DNA from: Paraspadella gotoi
Lineage: Eukaryota; Animalia; Chaetognatha
Length of the DNA stretch: 64,000 nucleotides
Assembly (NCBI GenBank): GCA_051294375.1
Contig: CM119264.1
Location: forward strand, 10,825,832 to 10,889,831
Direction of reading: 5' to 3'
The stretch's first letter is position 1. Every line of letters begins with the position of its first letter. Positions 1 through 13,742 of the stretch are shown in pieces. A program made the translations under genes and the position numbers. The notes beneath the pieces were generated by a model. The model worked only from the letters and a program-made list of their open reading frames with translations. It ran no database searches and was not told where the DNA came from.

Positions 1-890
1 CAATGAGTGAGAAACATTTATTGTGAAAGAAAGGGAAATAACAAGACAAACCGGCGCGATTTAACCTACTACCACTACAGAAAACCATCACTAGCGTTAC
101 TGCCACTACCACCACCGGTGCCGCCCATTACGAGAAAAGACGAGGACAGAAGCAGATTCAATGCACTTCCGGTTTTATTACCGACGCTTTAATGCGCGTG
201 CGCGTAATNNNNNNNNNNAAGGAAAAAAAGAAAAAAAATAGAAAAAAATACAACGACCGTAAGAAAGAAAGAGAAAATTCCCCGAGAGAGAAAAGACAGA
301 GACTCTGAGATGAAGCTGAAAAGAGAAAGAGAACCTGTCTTTCTTTTTTCCCGGTTTTTCCGCAGGAGCGAAAGCTCACTTCCCGATGGAACGCATAGAT
401 AAAAACGATTCCGGATATGAGACAAGAGTGGACGTTTGCGTGGAAATATAAAGAGAGAAAATGCAATGTGGGGAGCTATGAGTGGTGGAGGGACGACGAA
501 AGTCGAAGTGAAGCGATGTGGGTTCAATTTCAATGGGACAGAGTCATTCTTTGGATGACGTGGAGCGAGGTGGGGACAGGGAAGTCCAAGGAGCGCGAGA
601 CCGAGATCGAATCTATTCTTGGCCCAGGCTCAGGTGAGCAACCCGCGTCACTCATCGCTGAAGTTTTCTACCGAGGCTCTCGCCTCATTTGTCTCCGCGC
701 TGCGGCACTTCGTGCTCTTTTTAACGATATCTATCTTCTATTGTGCATGTATGTTCGAATTAGTATTTAAATTAATTCGAGTTCCAAGTACGACTGAGAA
801 TTTTTTTTTTCTCAATTCTGAACCGTCTGACATTTTCATTTAATCGCCGCGATTTTAATCTTTTCCATTGTCCCTCCCTCCCTCCCTCCC

Positions 891-963
<73 letters not shown>

Positions 964-1075
964 TTTCTTTAAATTCGAAGTTTTCAATCCAAATCTTTTA
1001 AACCCATTCCAAATCTGCAAACACGTCCACAAGTATCGCGTGTGACCTCTCTCGTCAAGTGCACGCAATATTCTC

Positions 1076-1126
<51 letters not shown>

Positions 1127-1127
1127 T

Positions 1128-1178
<51 letters not shown>

Positions 1179-2244
1179 TCCCCCAACAACCTCTGATCTC
1201 TCTCACTTCCCTTCCTTCCAGAGCACCCAGGGGAAACTCGGAGAATTTAATTAAATTTCGGTCTCGGAATTTCCCTTCGGCTTCTTTCGTTTCCGGACTT
1301 CCGGTGGCACTTCCGGTTGGCGGAGGGCGTGGCCCTGAGACGGCGTCTACGGTAGGGACGACGACGACCAATGGGGATAAAATCGATTTGAAAAAAAAAA
1401 TTTAAATGCGAAAATTTTTACAATTTCATTCGTTTTATTTTTTCATGCGACCTGCGCGAAGATTTAGCCTTTCCGGCTGAACCAACAGAAATGTCTTTTC
1501 TCTGAAACTATCTTGTTTTAATCGTTGAAATTGCAACGTCTCAGTACACAGTTACACTATCTAATTGTGGGTACGGATTTGGGAAGATTGCCTGTCATCC
1601 TTTGAAAATGACGATGAAGACGGCGACGACGACGGCGACGACGACGACGACAACGATGAAGACGACGACGACTCACCTTGGCGTCAAGGCAACCGAAACA
1701 AATTAGGCCGATCACCACAGAAAAGGAGGAACGGAGAAGATTTCCCGGGGAACGACAATTATAAAATGGAAATGCGTTTTCACGATTCGAGGATTTCACG
1801 ATCGGGTCGGTGCACGTTGGAGCGTCGCAGAAGCCGTGTTTAACATACGACAGCGATGTCTTTAATATATAATTGGCAATGACTGTGAATGATTTTTACA
1901 CTATTGCAATGTCGCAATATTTAGAAATATGGGGTAAGAATCAAAAATCACCGATTAGAGTTTGAGCAGTGAGCTAAGTGCAAGTAAAATATCACAAATT
2001 CTGATTCGGCTTGTTATAAACAATGTGAATAAGTTAGATAATGTAAATCAAATGCTTGTGTAAAGCAAACAAACAAAGTAGTTTTCCAAATACCAGGCGT
2101 GTCATTCATTTTTTTTTAGGTTAGTAAACAATCACCTATAAAGAAAAGTTTTATATGAGATGTTTAATATTTTATCCCGTTTGCAGAGATAAGGGTATTA
2201 AACTTTACAGTTTTAAATTTTTATTTTAATCTTAATTTTAATTT

Positions 2245-3105
2245 TTATCCCACGATTTTGTCATCGGCCGCCGTCGACGCGGATGCCAAACTTTCATAGG
2301 GCGGCGGGGCTTCCCCAGTGGCAGGTAACGCCTCCCCTGGAATCGGGAATCAGAAGACCCCTGGATTAACGGCCCCCGCCGCGCAGGCCGCCTTCGTATG
2401 AAGGCGGAGACAACACCGGCCAATGGTTTCCAATCCCTATCGGACGCGACGGGCAGCTGGAATTGATGGGTGTTGGGCTGCTGAAAGAGCTGTCGGAACG
2501 GGCTGCGCGTTGGGTGGACTATCGTCTGCGGAAATGATTCGACGACGGGCTGCACGAACGATCTCCTCCTGGCGACACGACCCGCCCGCCGCGCGCGCGT
2601 GCCGCACCCGCGCCGTGCCGCACCGCGACGCCTTCGTCGTTCGTACTTCAAATAGCAGGCGGTGCTGAGAGAGACGGCGACGAGAATGAGGACGATGATG
2701 ACGGTGAGAACGACGGGACTCACTCCGAGATTGTCGCTCCAATGTTGACCTTGAAGTTCTCCCGGAGACCGAGTCGTCGTGGAAAATGGATTCCACGGCT
2801 TCGTCGACGTCGCCCACCAAGGAGTGTCAGTCGAGGGGACGGCCTGGAGACCAAGAGGCCCATGGGGACAAGGTGGAATGCGGGAACATCGACGAAGAAG
2901 CCAGAAGCTCTTGGTAGGCGTTGTTGACGGCGACTTCGCCATAGACATTCTCCAATGTCTTGAGTTGGCTCACTTTGCATCGCGGCTCGTAGTAGGCGCC
3001 GTTGACGGAGCAGTTGGTCAAGACGCGCCAAATGTCGAGGGCGGACAAAGGCGAAAGGCTCCAAGGGAATTGAGGGGAATCGGAAGTGAGAGTCGGAAGT
3101 TGCAT
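2245..3105 (-). pseudogene. Frameshifted single-pass membrane protein with PPxY motifs, copy 1 (pseudogene or sequencing errors)
   Basis: Across frame breaks it reads ...TNCSVNGAYYEPRC..., S/T/W/P-rich stalk, TM VSPVVLTVIIVLILVAVSLSTACYL, RRRRR, then SPPSYE and APPPYESL. Confidence 0.6.
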
Positions 3106-3974
3106 TGCAACGGTTGAATAGGAAATAAAATTCGGAAGCCCAATTTTAAATTAAATTTTAAAAGTGATATAAACAGAAGTTGATTTCGTAGGTTTAAATG
3201 CAGAAGTGATATGCACAAATGAAATTTGTAATTGATGAGATCGACGAACGAGGAGACCAGCAACAAATTTGTGGAGTTGGAAGGCAAAACTTATGCGTCG
3301 TTTTTTAGATTAAGTTCGCTTTAGAGTTTCTACAAGTTTACATTTATATTTTTCTACGTCTACAGTTGACAGAAACGAAGACTGCTTCAGAATCAGTTAT
3401 GTTTTTATTTCCTTGTTTCGCCTCTGAGCAATCTGGAAAAGACTCCCTGAAAGCAATGGATTATATGGGTTATGTTTAAAAGTTTAAATCTTTTATTTCT
3501 TGTTTTATAAATGGCGCCCGTGTTAAACCTTCGTTTACGTGACACAAGAAGTCATGCGTATCTTTATTAAAACGACCAAAATTAATCGAAGAAAATCAGG
3601 TTTTCTTCAACACCTTGTCTCCGCAGCGGGCGCATCAGCCAGGGCAGGATTACGCCGCTGCGACGACGTAACCAGAGTCAAGTTTAAAAGAAAATCCCCC
3701 TCGTTGGTGATTCAGAGGCATCGACGGCGGCGGCTCCTGATGGGGCGGCTGCGTGGCAGCAGCCGCGGTTACCTTACTTACGTCAAATCAAAACAGGTAG
3801 GGACTTGCTGCCGCTGCGGGGAATTCGCGGATATATAAGGAGACGGAGGGAACAATGAGGCTGCTGAGTACCATAGAATGATACTTAAAGGAAAAAAATG
3901 ATTGTACATGGGGTAAAAAAATATAAATAGAATGATTATTATAAATAAGTGAACCGATATGAAAATGAAGAGAA

Positions 3975-4054
3975 TAAAAGAATAAAAAAAGAATAAAAGA
4001 ATAAAATAAAGAAAGAAAGAGAAGAAAGAAGAAAGAAAGAAAGAAAGAAAGAAA

Positions 4055-4099
<45 letters not shown>

Positions 4100-4122
4100 A
4101 ATAAAGAAAGAAAGAAGAGAAA

Positions 4123-4158
<36 letters not shown>

Positions 4159-4230
4159 AGAAAGAAAGAAAGAAAGAAAGAAAAAATAAAGAAAGATAGA
4201 AAGAAAAAAAAGAAAAAGAAAGAAAAAATA
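3975..4230. repeat. (GAAA)n microsatellite; similar tracts at 6330-6510, 11265-11515, 13620-13800, 18945-19280, 48250-48590, 53565-53950
   Basis: Directly visible; it generates spurious SFFL and KKER ORFs. Confidence 0.95.
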
Positions 4231-4550
4231 ATTTAGCATTGAAACTTTACCGAAACTTATTATGATTTTTATTTGATTACAATATTTTTGTATTAACATT
4301 GCAAATCCTCGCATTCTGAGACAGTATACTCCTGGTTCGAACTCCGTGGACCTTCCCAGGCCTCCCTAATCGCCCTCCACAACCAAATCGCCTTTCACGA
4401 CCGCCTCAACCCCACGAAACTCACTCGCTCGGCTTCGTTTGATCAAAGTGATCCTTGTTGATCCTTCGAGGGGTTAATGATGTGAGCGGAAGTCGGATCT
4501 CAATCGGGAGCGACGAGTCTTAATCTCCTTCTAGTTCTACTCACGTTTCG

Positions 4551-4690
4551 AAAAAAAAACAAGAACGGGACTTCAATGTCTTGCGCCGCGGTGACTGCCT
4601 TATCACGTGTATTTCTCGTGATATTACATCACATGACGTTACATGACACGACATGATGTGATATGACATGACTAAATGACTACAATAACT
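4551..4690 (-). mobile_element. 3' fragment of the same HINE family
   Basis: Reverse complement CACGAGAAATACACGTGATAAGGCAGTCACCGCGGCGCAAGACATT...TTCTTGTTTT matches both the 33.1 kb and 56.2 kb copies; includes a degenerate (CATGA)n-type repeat. Confidence 0.65.
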
Positions 4691-5918
4691 TTCTTACCCG
4701 TTTATTTATGACACGCACTGCATCGGATTCTGTATTTTATTCTTTAGTTTTAGGATTTCCTGAAGGCGGCGCTAGCAATCCCTTATATTTGTTTTGCAAG
4801 AGATTTCTGTATGGGTGGAGCGCCGAAGAAGAGTGATGGTTAATGACGAAAAATCTCGTTTCCATGCAAGAACGACTATAGTATTGTCTTACAACCGAAT
4901 TACAGAATGTTTTTACTAAATAAAGCTTTAGTATTCTTCAGCATTGAATATTTTCATCGCAAGCTATTGCAACCATAGTATAGTTCTTGTATAGTATAGT
5001 CAAGTATAGAAATTACCAAGAACAAGTGGACAAAATTTAGCAAAAATTTGATGAATGCATGCAATTTGCCAAAGTTTTTGAGCGCAGTATGTCAAACTGG
5101 AAGTCGACACGAAAAAATCTAAACTTGCTCTCGAGGGAGCGTTCTCAAATTTCAAAACCGAAAATGATGTTGGAGTGAATTTTAAATCCTTGGACCTTGC
5201 ATAAATTTGAAGTTATTAATAGTTAAAATGGAATTGATTTCAATTCAACGAACACGCTTCTAATTTGATTAAAAAAAAAGAATATCGAGCAATTTGATCA
5301 GATCTGACTGACAGCTTGTGACAACTCTTGATTTATTATTTTCAAAATTTTTTGTCTTTCGAACGTTAAAATAGATTTTGTGCCCTTTTTTTGTTATTTT
5401 ATGAAATTTCACTAAACCTCTTTCAATCTTTTTTGACGAAATTCTCTGGCGTTCCCTTTTGTTTTTTTTTTTCTTTTTTTTCTCATTCTCTTCCGTCCGC
5501 TCGGTTTCACTTTTCCTTCCGTCAGTTTTTTTTTTCCATAACGACGTTAGGATGCTCTTTTGTTCTCGAACTTCTCCTTTCCATCCATACTTTATGCGCC
5601 ACCTTCGACGACCCGAGTCTGCGGCAACGCATCCGACCCCGCGCCTCCGATCGCTTTTCTTCTCCGTTCCTAACAGCAGAGACACCCTCATTCGCTCCAT
5701 TACAGAGTTTGTCGTTCCCAATTCTGGGTTTCCTTTCACCATCACTTCTTCCACCAACTCCCCCTTCAACAGCAACCATCTTTTCCTCCACCTCCCGCCT
5801 CTCGATGCTGGCGTCGTCTTGACCTTTTCCGAAATAACGCGCGCTTATTAACTTGGCTTTATAGGGCAGAGAGCGACCTCGCTCTTGGGCCTGCCTCGTC
5901 CATAACGAGAAGAGAGAG

Positions 5919-6013
<95 letters not shown>

Positions 6014-6329
6014 GGGCGCAAAAACGTTTAACCATCAGGCATCACGCGTAAATAAACAAAAACTTAAATTAAGAACAATGAGTGAGAAACATTTATTGTG
6101 AAAGAAAGGGAAATAACAAGACAACCGGCGCGATTTAACCTACTACCACTACAGAAAACCATCACTAAGCGTTTACCGCCACTACCACCACCGGTGCCGC
6201 CCGTTACGAGAAAAGACGAGGACAGAAGCAGATTCAATGCACTTCCGGTTTTATTACCGACGCTTTAATGCGCCGTGCGCGTAATCGGGCGAGCAAAATG
6301 AGTGGAAAAAAAGGAAATAAATAGAAAAA

Positions 6330-6385
<56 letters not shown>

Positions 6386-6389
6386 AAAA

Positions 6390-6453
<64 letters not shown>

Positions 6454-7121
6454 AGAAAGAAAGGAAGAAAGAAAGAAAGATAAGAAAAAAAGGAAAAAAA
6501 GAAAAAAAATAGAAAAAAATACAACGACCGTAAGAAAGATAAGAGAAAATTCCCCGAGAGAGAAAAGACAGAGACTCTGAGATGAAGCTGAGCAGGAGCG
6601 AAAGCTCACTTCCCGATGGAACGCATAGATAAAAACGTTCCGGATATGAGACAAGAGTGGACGTTTGCGTGGAAATATAAAGAGAGAAAATGCAATGTGG
6701 GGAGCTATGAGTGGTGGAGGGACGACGAAAGTCGAAGTGAAGCGATGTGGGTTCAATTTCAATGGGACAGAGTCATTCTTTGGGTGACGTCGAGCGAGGT
6801 GGGGGACAGGGGAGTCCAAGGAGCGCGAGACCGAGATCGAATCTATTCCTGGCCCAGGCTCAGGTGAGCAACCCGCGTCACTCATCGCTGAAGTTTTCTA
6901 CCGAGGCTCTCGCCTCATTTGTCTCCGCGCTGGGGCGCTTAGTGCTCTTTTTAACGATATCTATCTTCTATTGTGCATGTATGTTCGAATTAGTATTTAA
7001 ATTAATTCGAGTTCCAAGTACGACTGAGAATTTTTTTTTTTCTCAATTCTGAACCGTCTGACATTTTCATTTAATCGCCGCGATTTTAATCTTTTCCATT
7101 GTCCCTCCTCCCTCCCCTCCC

Positions 7122-7194
<73 letters not shown>

Positions 7195-7305
7195 TTTCTT
7201 TAAATCGAAGTTTTCAATCCAAATCTTTTAAACCCATTCCAAATCTGCAAACACGTCCACAAGTATCGCGTGTGACCTCTCTCGTCAAGTGCACGCAATA
7301 TTCTC

Positions 7306-7396
<91 letters not shown>

Positions 7397-9533
7397 TCCC
7401 CCAACAACCTCTGATCTCTCTCACTTCCCTTCCTTCCAGAGCACCCAGGGGAAACTCGGAGAATTTAATTAAATTTCGGTCTCGGAATTTCCCTTCGGCT
7501 TCTTTCGTTTCCGGACTTCCGGTGGCACTTCCGGTTGGCGGAGGGCGTGGCCCTGAGACGGACGTCTACGTAGGGACGACGACGACCAATGGGGATAAAA
7601 TCGATTTGAAAAAAAAATTTAAATGCGAAAATTTTTACAATTTCATTCGTTTTATTTTTTCATGCGACCTGCGCGAAGATTTAGCCTTTCCGGCTGAACC
7701 AACAGAAATGTCTTTCTCTGAAACTATCTTGTTTTAATCGTTAAAATTGCAACGTCTCAGTACCCAGTTACACTATCTAATTGTGGGTACGGATTTGGGA
7801 AGATTGCCTGTCATCCTTTGAAAATGACGATGAAGACGGCGACGACGACAGCGACGACGACGGACGACGACATGATGAAGACGACGACGACTCACCTTGG
7901 CTGTCAAGGCAACCGAAACAAATTAGGCCGATCACCACAGAAAAGGAGGAACGGAGAAGATTTCCCGGGAACGACAATTATAAAATGGAAATGCGTTTTC
8001 ACGATTCGAGGATTTCACGATCGGATCGGTGCACGTTGGAGCGTCGCAGAAGCCGGCTCGATTAAAACGAGCACCCCGGGTTTTAAAAAACAGTTAAGGC
8101 GCGCCATCCCCTACCCCGATCGAATCGAGATTAAATCCTCATTTTCAATTCTTTTATTTTTTTCAGCGAAGATGAATTCGTCTCCTTAAATCGCGTTTGT
8201 GATTGTCAAAAGCAAACTCGCTCTCCAAAGTCAACAGGAATTTAATTAGTTTTCAAAATAATTGAATTTCAGGTTTTCTGCGGAGTAAAAAAAAAATATT
8301 TAAAAAAAGGNNNNNNNNNNNNNNNNNNNNNNNNNTTAAAAAATAATTATTTTCATTAATAATATCTATTCTTTTTATTAATGTCATCCTCAGACAAGGT
8401 GGTTTTAGTATAAACGAAATTATACATATTTTCCTGGGTTAATTTTTGACCACTTAAACGTTTTATGTTTTCACTCACCTGCCTCTTTCTATCTCATATT
8501 TTCTTTCTTGGTATCAAAACAAGTATTTTTCACTGCCACTCGTGGACTGTAAAACAGTTACGAAATATTTGGCAACCTTATGCTTATTGACAGAAATCTC
8601 ATAATTTACTAATTAATTTTATAATTTTAATATTAAAATTCATTTTCTTTTCGTATCAGAGTCGCTCACTATCGGAGCGTGACCCCGGCATCTCACCTTT
8701 CTTTCTCTATTTTTTGTTAATGAATATCGCTTTCCTCATCCTTCCATTTTTTTCTGGTTGAGAACTTTCCCTCACCTTCATTTATCCTTCTTTCTTTCCC
8801 GGCCTTTTCCATTTTTTTCCTTTTCTTTTTCTTTTCTTTCCCTTCATTCTTTTCTTCTTTTCAATCTTGATTTTCCATTCTCGATCCCTGAAATAAATGA
8901 TGCCTCGGAAAACCGCGAAAACTTAACCGCTTCTGCCTACCGCTTCCGCCCGTTCCCTCCGTCTCGGCCCGTCCGCTTCCACCATCCGATTCCGTCTTTC
9001 CCGCCACGATTCCATCACTTCCGGTTCCACACGAAAAATCCTACTGATTCGTCTTTCCCTGCGTCGCCATTCGTTGTGGTCTATCTCCCTTTTTCTTTCC
9101 CTGTCTCTGTCTCTGTCTCTCTCTCTTGTTTAACATACGACAGCGATGTCTTTAATATATAATTGGCAATGACTGTGAATGATTTTTACACTATTGCAAT
9201 GTCGCAATATTTAGAAATATGGGGTAAGAATCAAAAATCACCGATTAGAGTTTGAGCAGTGAGCTAAGTGCAAGTAAAATATCACAAATTCTGATTCGGC
9301 TTGTTATAAACAATGTGAATAAGTTAGATAATGTAAATCAATGCTTGTGTAAAGCAAACAAACAAAGTAGTTTTCCAAATACCAGGCGTGTCATTCATTT
9401 TTTTTTAGGTTAGTAAACAATCACCTATAAAGAAAAGTTTTATATGAGATGTTTAATATTTTATCCCGTTTGCAGAGATAAGGGTATTAAACTTTACAGT
9501 TTTAAATTTTTATTTTAATCTTAATTTTAATTT

Positions 9534-10393
9534 TTATCCCACGATTTTGTCATCGGCCGCCGTCGACGCGGATGCCAAACTTTCATAGGGCGGCGGGGCT
9601 TCCCCAGTGGCAGGTAACGCCTCCCCTGGAATCGGGAATCAGAAGACCCCTGGATTAACGGCCCCCGCCGCGCAGGCCGCCTTCGTATGAAGGCGGAGAC
9701 AACACCGGCCAATGGTTTCCAATCCCTATCGGACGCGACGGGCAGCTGGAATTGATGGGTGTTGGGCTGCTGAAAGAGCTGTGGAACGGGCTGCGCGTTG
9801 GGTGGACTATCGTCTGCGGAAATGATTCGACGACGGGCTGCACGAACGATCTCCTCCTGGCGACACGACCCGCCCGCCGCGCGCGCGTGCCGCACCTGCG
9901 CCGTGCCGCACCGCGACGCCTTCGTCGTTCGTACTTCAAATAGCAGGCGGTGCTGAGAGAGACGGCGACGAGAATGAGGACGATGATGACGGTGAGAACG
10001 ACGGGACTCACTCCGAGATTGTCGCTCCAATGTTGACCTTGAAGTTCTCCCGGAGACCGAGTCGTCGTGGAAAATGGATTCCACGGCTTCGTCGACGTCG
10101 CCCACCAAGGAGTGTCAGTCGAGGGGACGGCCTGGAGACCAAGAGGCCCATGGGGACAAGGTGGAATGCGGGAACATCGACGAAGAAGCCAGAAGCTCTT
10201 GGTAGGCGTTGTTGACGGCGACTTCGCCATAGACATTCTCCAATGTCTTGAGTTGGCTCACTTTGCATCGCGGCTCGTAGTAGGCGCCGTTGACGGAGCA
10301 GTTGGTCAAGACGCGCCAAATGTCGAGGGCGGACAAAGGCGAAAGGCTCCAAGGGAATTGAGGGGAATCGGAAGTGAGAGTCGGAAGTTGCAT
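9534..10393 (-). pseudogene. Frameshifted single-pass membrane protein with PPxY motifs, copy 2
   Basis: Near-identical to 2245-3105; ORF 9655-10236 reads from the TM through PPSY in one frame. Confidence 0.6.
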
Positions 10394-11342
10394 TGCAACG
10401 GTTGAATAGGAAATAAAATTCGGAAGCCCAATTTTAAATTAAATTTTAAAAGTGATATAAACAGAAGTTGATTTCGTAGGTTTAAATGCAGAAGTGATAT
10501 GCACAAATGAAATTTGTAATTGATGAGATCGACGAACGAGGAGACCAGCAACAAATTTGTGGAGTTGGAAGGCAAAACTTATGCGTCGTTTTTTAGATTA
10601 AGTTCGCTTTAGAGTTTCTACAAGTTTACATTTATATTTTTCTACGTCTACAGTTGACAGAAACGAAGACTGCTTCAGAATCAGTTATGTTTTTATTTCC
10701 TTGTTTCGCCTCTGAGCAATCTGGAAAAGACTCCCTGAAAGCAATGGATTATATGGGTTATGTTTAAAAGTTTAAATCTTTTATTTCTTGTTTTATAAAT
10801 GGCGCCCGTGTTAAACCTTCGTTTACGTGACACAAGAAGTCATGCGTATCTTTATTAAAACGACCAAAATTAATCGAAGAAAATCAGGTTTTCTTCAACA
10901 CCTTGTCTCCGCAGCGGGCGCATCAGCCAGGGCAGGATTACGCCGCTGCGACGACGTAACCAGAGTAAGTTTAAAAGAAAATCCCCCTCGTTGGTGATTC
11001 AGAGGCATCGACGGCGGCGGCTCCTGATGGGGCGGCTGCGTGGCAGCAGCCGCGGATTACCTTACTTACGTCAAATCAAAACAGGTAGGGACTTGCTGCC
11101 GCTGCGGGGAATTCGCGGATATATAAGGAGACGGAGGGAACAATGAGGCTGCTGAGTACCATAGAATGATACTTAAAGGAAAAAAATGATTGTACATGGG
11201 GTAAAAAAATATAAATAGAATGATTATTATAAATAAGTGAACCGATATGAAAATGAAGAGAATAAAAGAATAAAAAAAGAATAAAAGAATAAAATAAAGA
11301 AAGAAAGAGAAGAAAGAAGAAAGAAAGAAAGAAAGAAAGAAA

Positions 11343-11403
<61 letters not shown>

Positions 11404-11410
11404 AGAGAAA

Positions 11411-11446
<36 letters not shown>

Positions 11447-11838
11447 AGAAAGAAAGAAAGAAAGAAAGAAAAAATAAAGAAAGATAGAAAGAAAAAAAAG
11501 AAAAAGAAAGAAAAAATAATTTAGCATTGAAACTTTACCGAAACTTATTATGATTTTTATTTGATTACAATATTTTTGTATTAACATTGCAAATCCTCGC
11601 ATTCTGAGACAGTATACTCCTGGTTCGAACTCCGTGGACCTTCCCAGGCCTCCCTAATCGCCCTCCACAACCAAATCGCCTTTCACGACCGCCTCAACCC
11701 CACGAAACTCACTCGCTCGGCTTCGTTTGATCAAAGTGATCCTTGTTGATCCTTCGAGGGGTTAATGATGTGAGCGGAAGTCGGATCTCAATCGGGAGCG
11801 ACGAGTCTTAATCTCCTTCTAGTTCTACTCACGTTTCG

Positions 11839-11978
11839 AAAAAAAAACAAGAACGGGACTTCAATGTCTTGCGCCGCGGTGACTGCCTTATCACGTGTAT
11901 TTCTCGTGATATTACATCACATGACGTTACATGACACGACATGATGTGATATGACATGACTAAATGACTACAATAACT
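11839..11978 (-). mobile_element. 3' fragment of the HINE family (duplicate of 4551-4690)
   Basis: Same sequence in the second B block. Confidence 0.65.
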
Positions 11979-13218
11979 TTCTTACCCGTTTATTTATGAC
12001 ACGCACTGCATCGGATTCTGTATTTTATTCTTTAGTTTTAGGATTTCCTGAAGGCGGCGCTAGCAATCCCTTATATTTGTTTTGCAAGAGATTTCTGTAT
12101 GGGTGGAGCGCCGAAGAAGAGTGATGGTTAATGACGAAAAATCTCGTTTCCATGCAAGAACGACTATAGTATTGTCTTACAACCGAATTACAGAATGTTT
12201 TTACTAAATAAAGCTTTAGTATTCTTCAGCATTGAATATTTTCATCCAAGCTATTGCAACCATAGTATAGTTCTTGTATAGTATAGTCAAGTATAGAAAT
12301 TACCAAGAACAAGTGGACAAAATTTAGCAAAAATTTGATGAATGCATGCAATTTGCCAAAGTTTTTGAGCGCAGTATGTCAAACTGGAAGTCGACACGAA
12401 AAAATCTAAACTTGCTCTCGAGGGAGCGTTCTCTAAATTTCAAAACCGAAAATGATGTTGGAGTGAATTTTAAATCCTTGGACCTTGCATAAATTTGAAG
12501 TTATTAATAGTTAAAATGGAATTGATTTCAATTCAACGAACACGCTACTAATTTGATTAAAAAAAAAGAATATCGAGCAATTTGATCAGATCTGACTGAC
12601 AGCTTGTGACAACTCTTGATTTATTATTTTCAAAATTTTTTGTCTTTCGAACGTTAAAATAGATTTTGTGCCCTTTTTTTGTTATTTTATGAAATTTCAC
12701 TAAACCTCTTTCAATCTTTTTTGACGAAATTCTCTGGCGTTCCCTTTTGTTTTTTTTTTTCTTTTTTTTCTCATTCTCTTCCGTCCGCTCGGTTTCACTT
12801 TTCCTTCCGTCAGTTTTTTTTTTCCATAACGACGTTAGGATGCTCTTTTGTTCTCGAACTTCTCCTTTCCATCCATACTTTATGCGCCACCTTCGACGAC
12901 CCGAGTCTGCGGCAACGCATCCGACCCCCGCGCCTCCGATCGCTTTTCTTCTCCGTTCCTAACAGCAGAGACACCCTCATTCGCTCCATTACAGAGTTTG
13001 TCGTTCCCAATTCTGGGTTTCCTTTCACCATCACTTCTTCCACCAACTCCCCCTTCAACAGCAACCATCTTTTCCTCCACCTCCCGCCTCTCGATGCTGG
13101 CGTCGTCTTGACCTTTTCCGAAATAACGCGCGCTTATTAACTTGGCTTTATAGGGCAGAGAGCGACCTCGCTCTTGGGCCTGCCTCGTCCATAACGAGAA
13201 TAGAGAGAGCGAGAGAGA

Positions 13219-13303
<85 letters not shown>

Positions 13304-13618
13304 GGGCGCAAAAACGTTTAACCATCAGGCATCACGCGTAAATAAACAAAAACTTAAATTAAGAACAATGAGTGAGAAACATTTATTGTGAAAGAAAGGG
13401 AAATAACAAGACAACCGGCGCGATTTAACCTACTACCACTACAGAAAACCATCACTAAGCGTTTACCGCCACTACCACCACCGGTGCCGCCCGTTACGAG
13501 AAAAGACGAGGACAGAAGCAGATTCAATGCACTTCCGGTTTTATTACCGACGCTTTAATGCGCGTGCGCGTAATCGGGCGAGCAAAATGAGTGGAAAAAA
13601 AGGAAATAAATAGAAAAA

Positions 13619-13674
<56 letters not shown>

Positions 13675-13678
13675 AAAA

Positions 13679-13742
<64 letters not shown>

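Noticed and set aside
3778-4314. Hydrophobic multi-TM-looking ORFs (SFFL repeats) and KKER/RERE ORFs throughout the window
   Set aside because: These are translations of (GAAA)n and (GA)n microsatellites.
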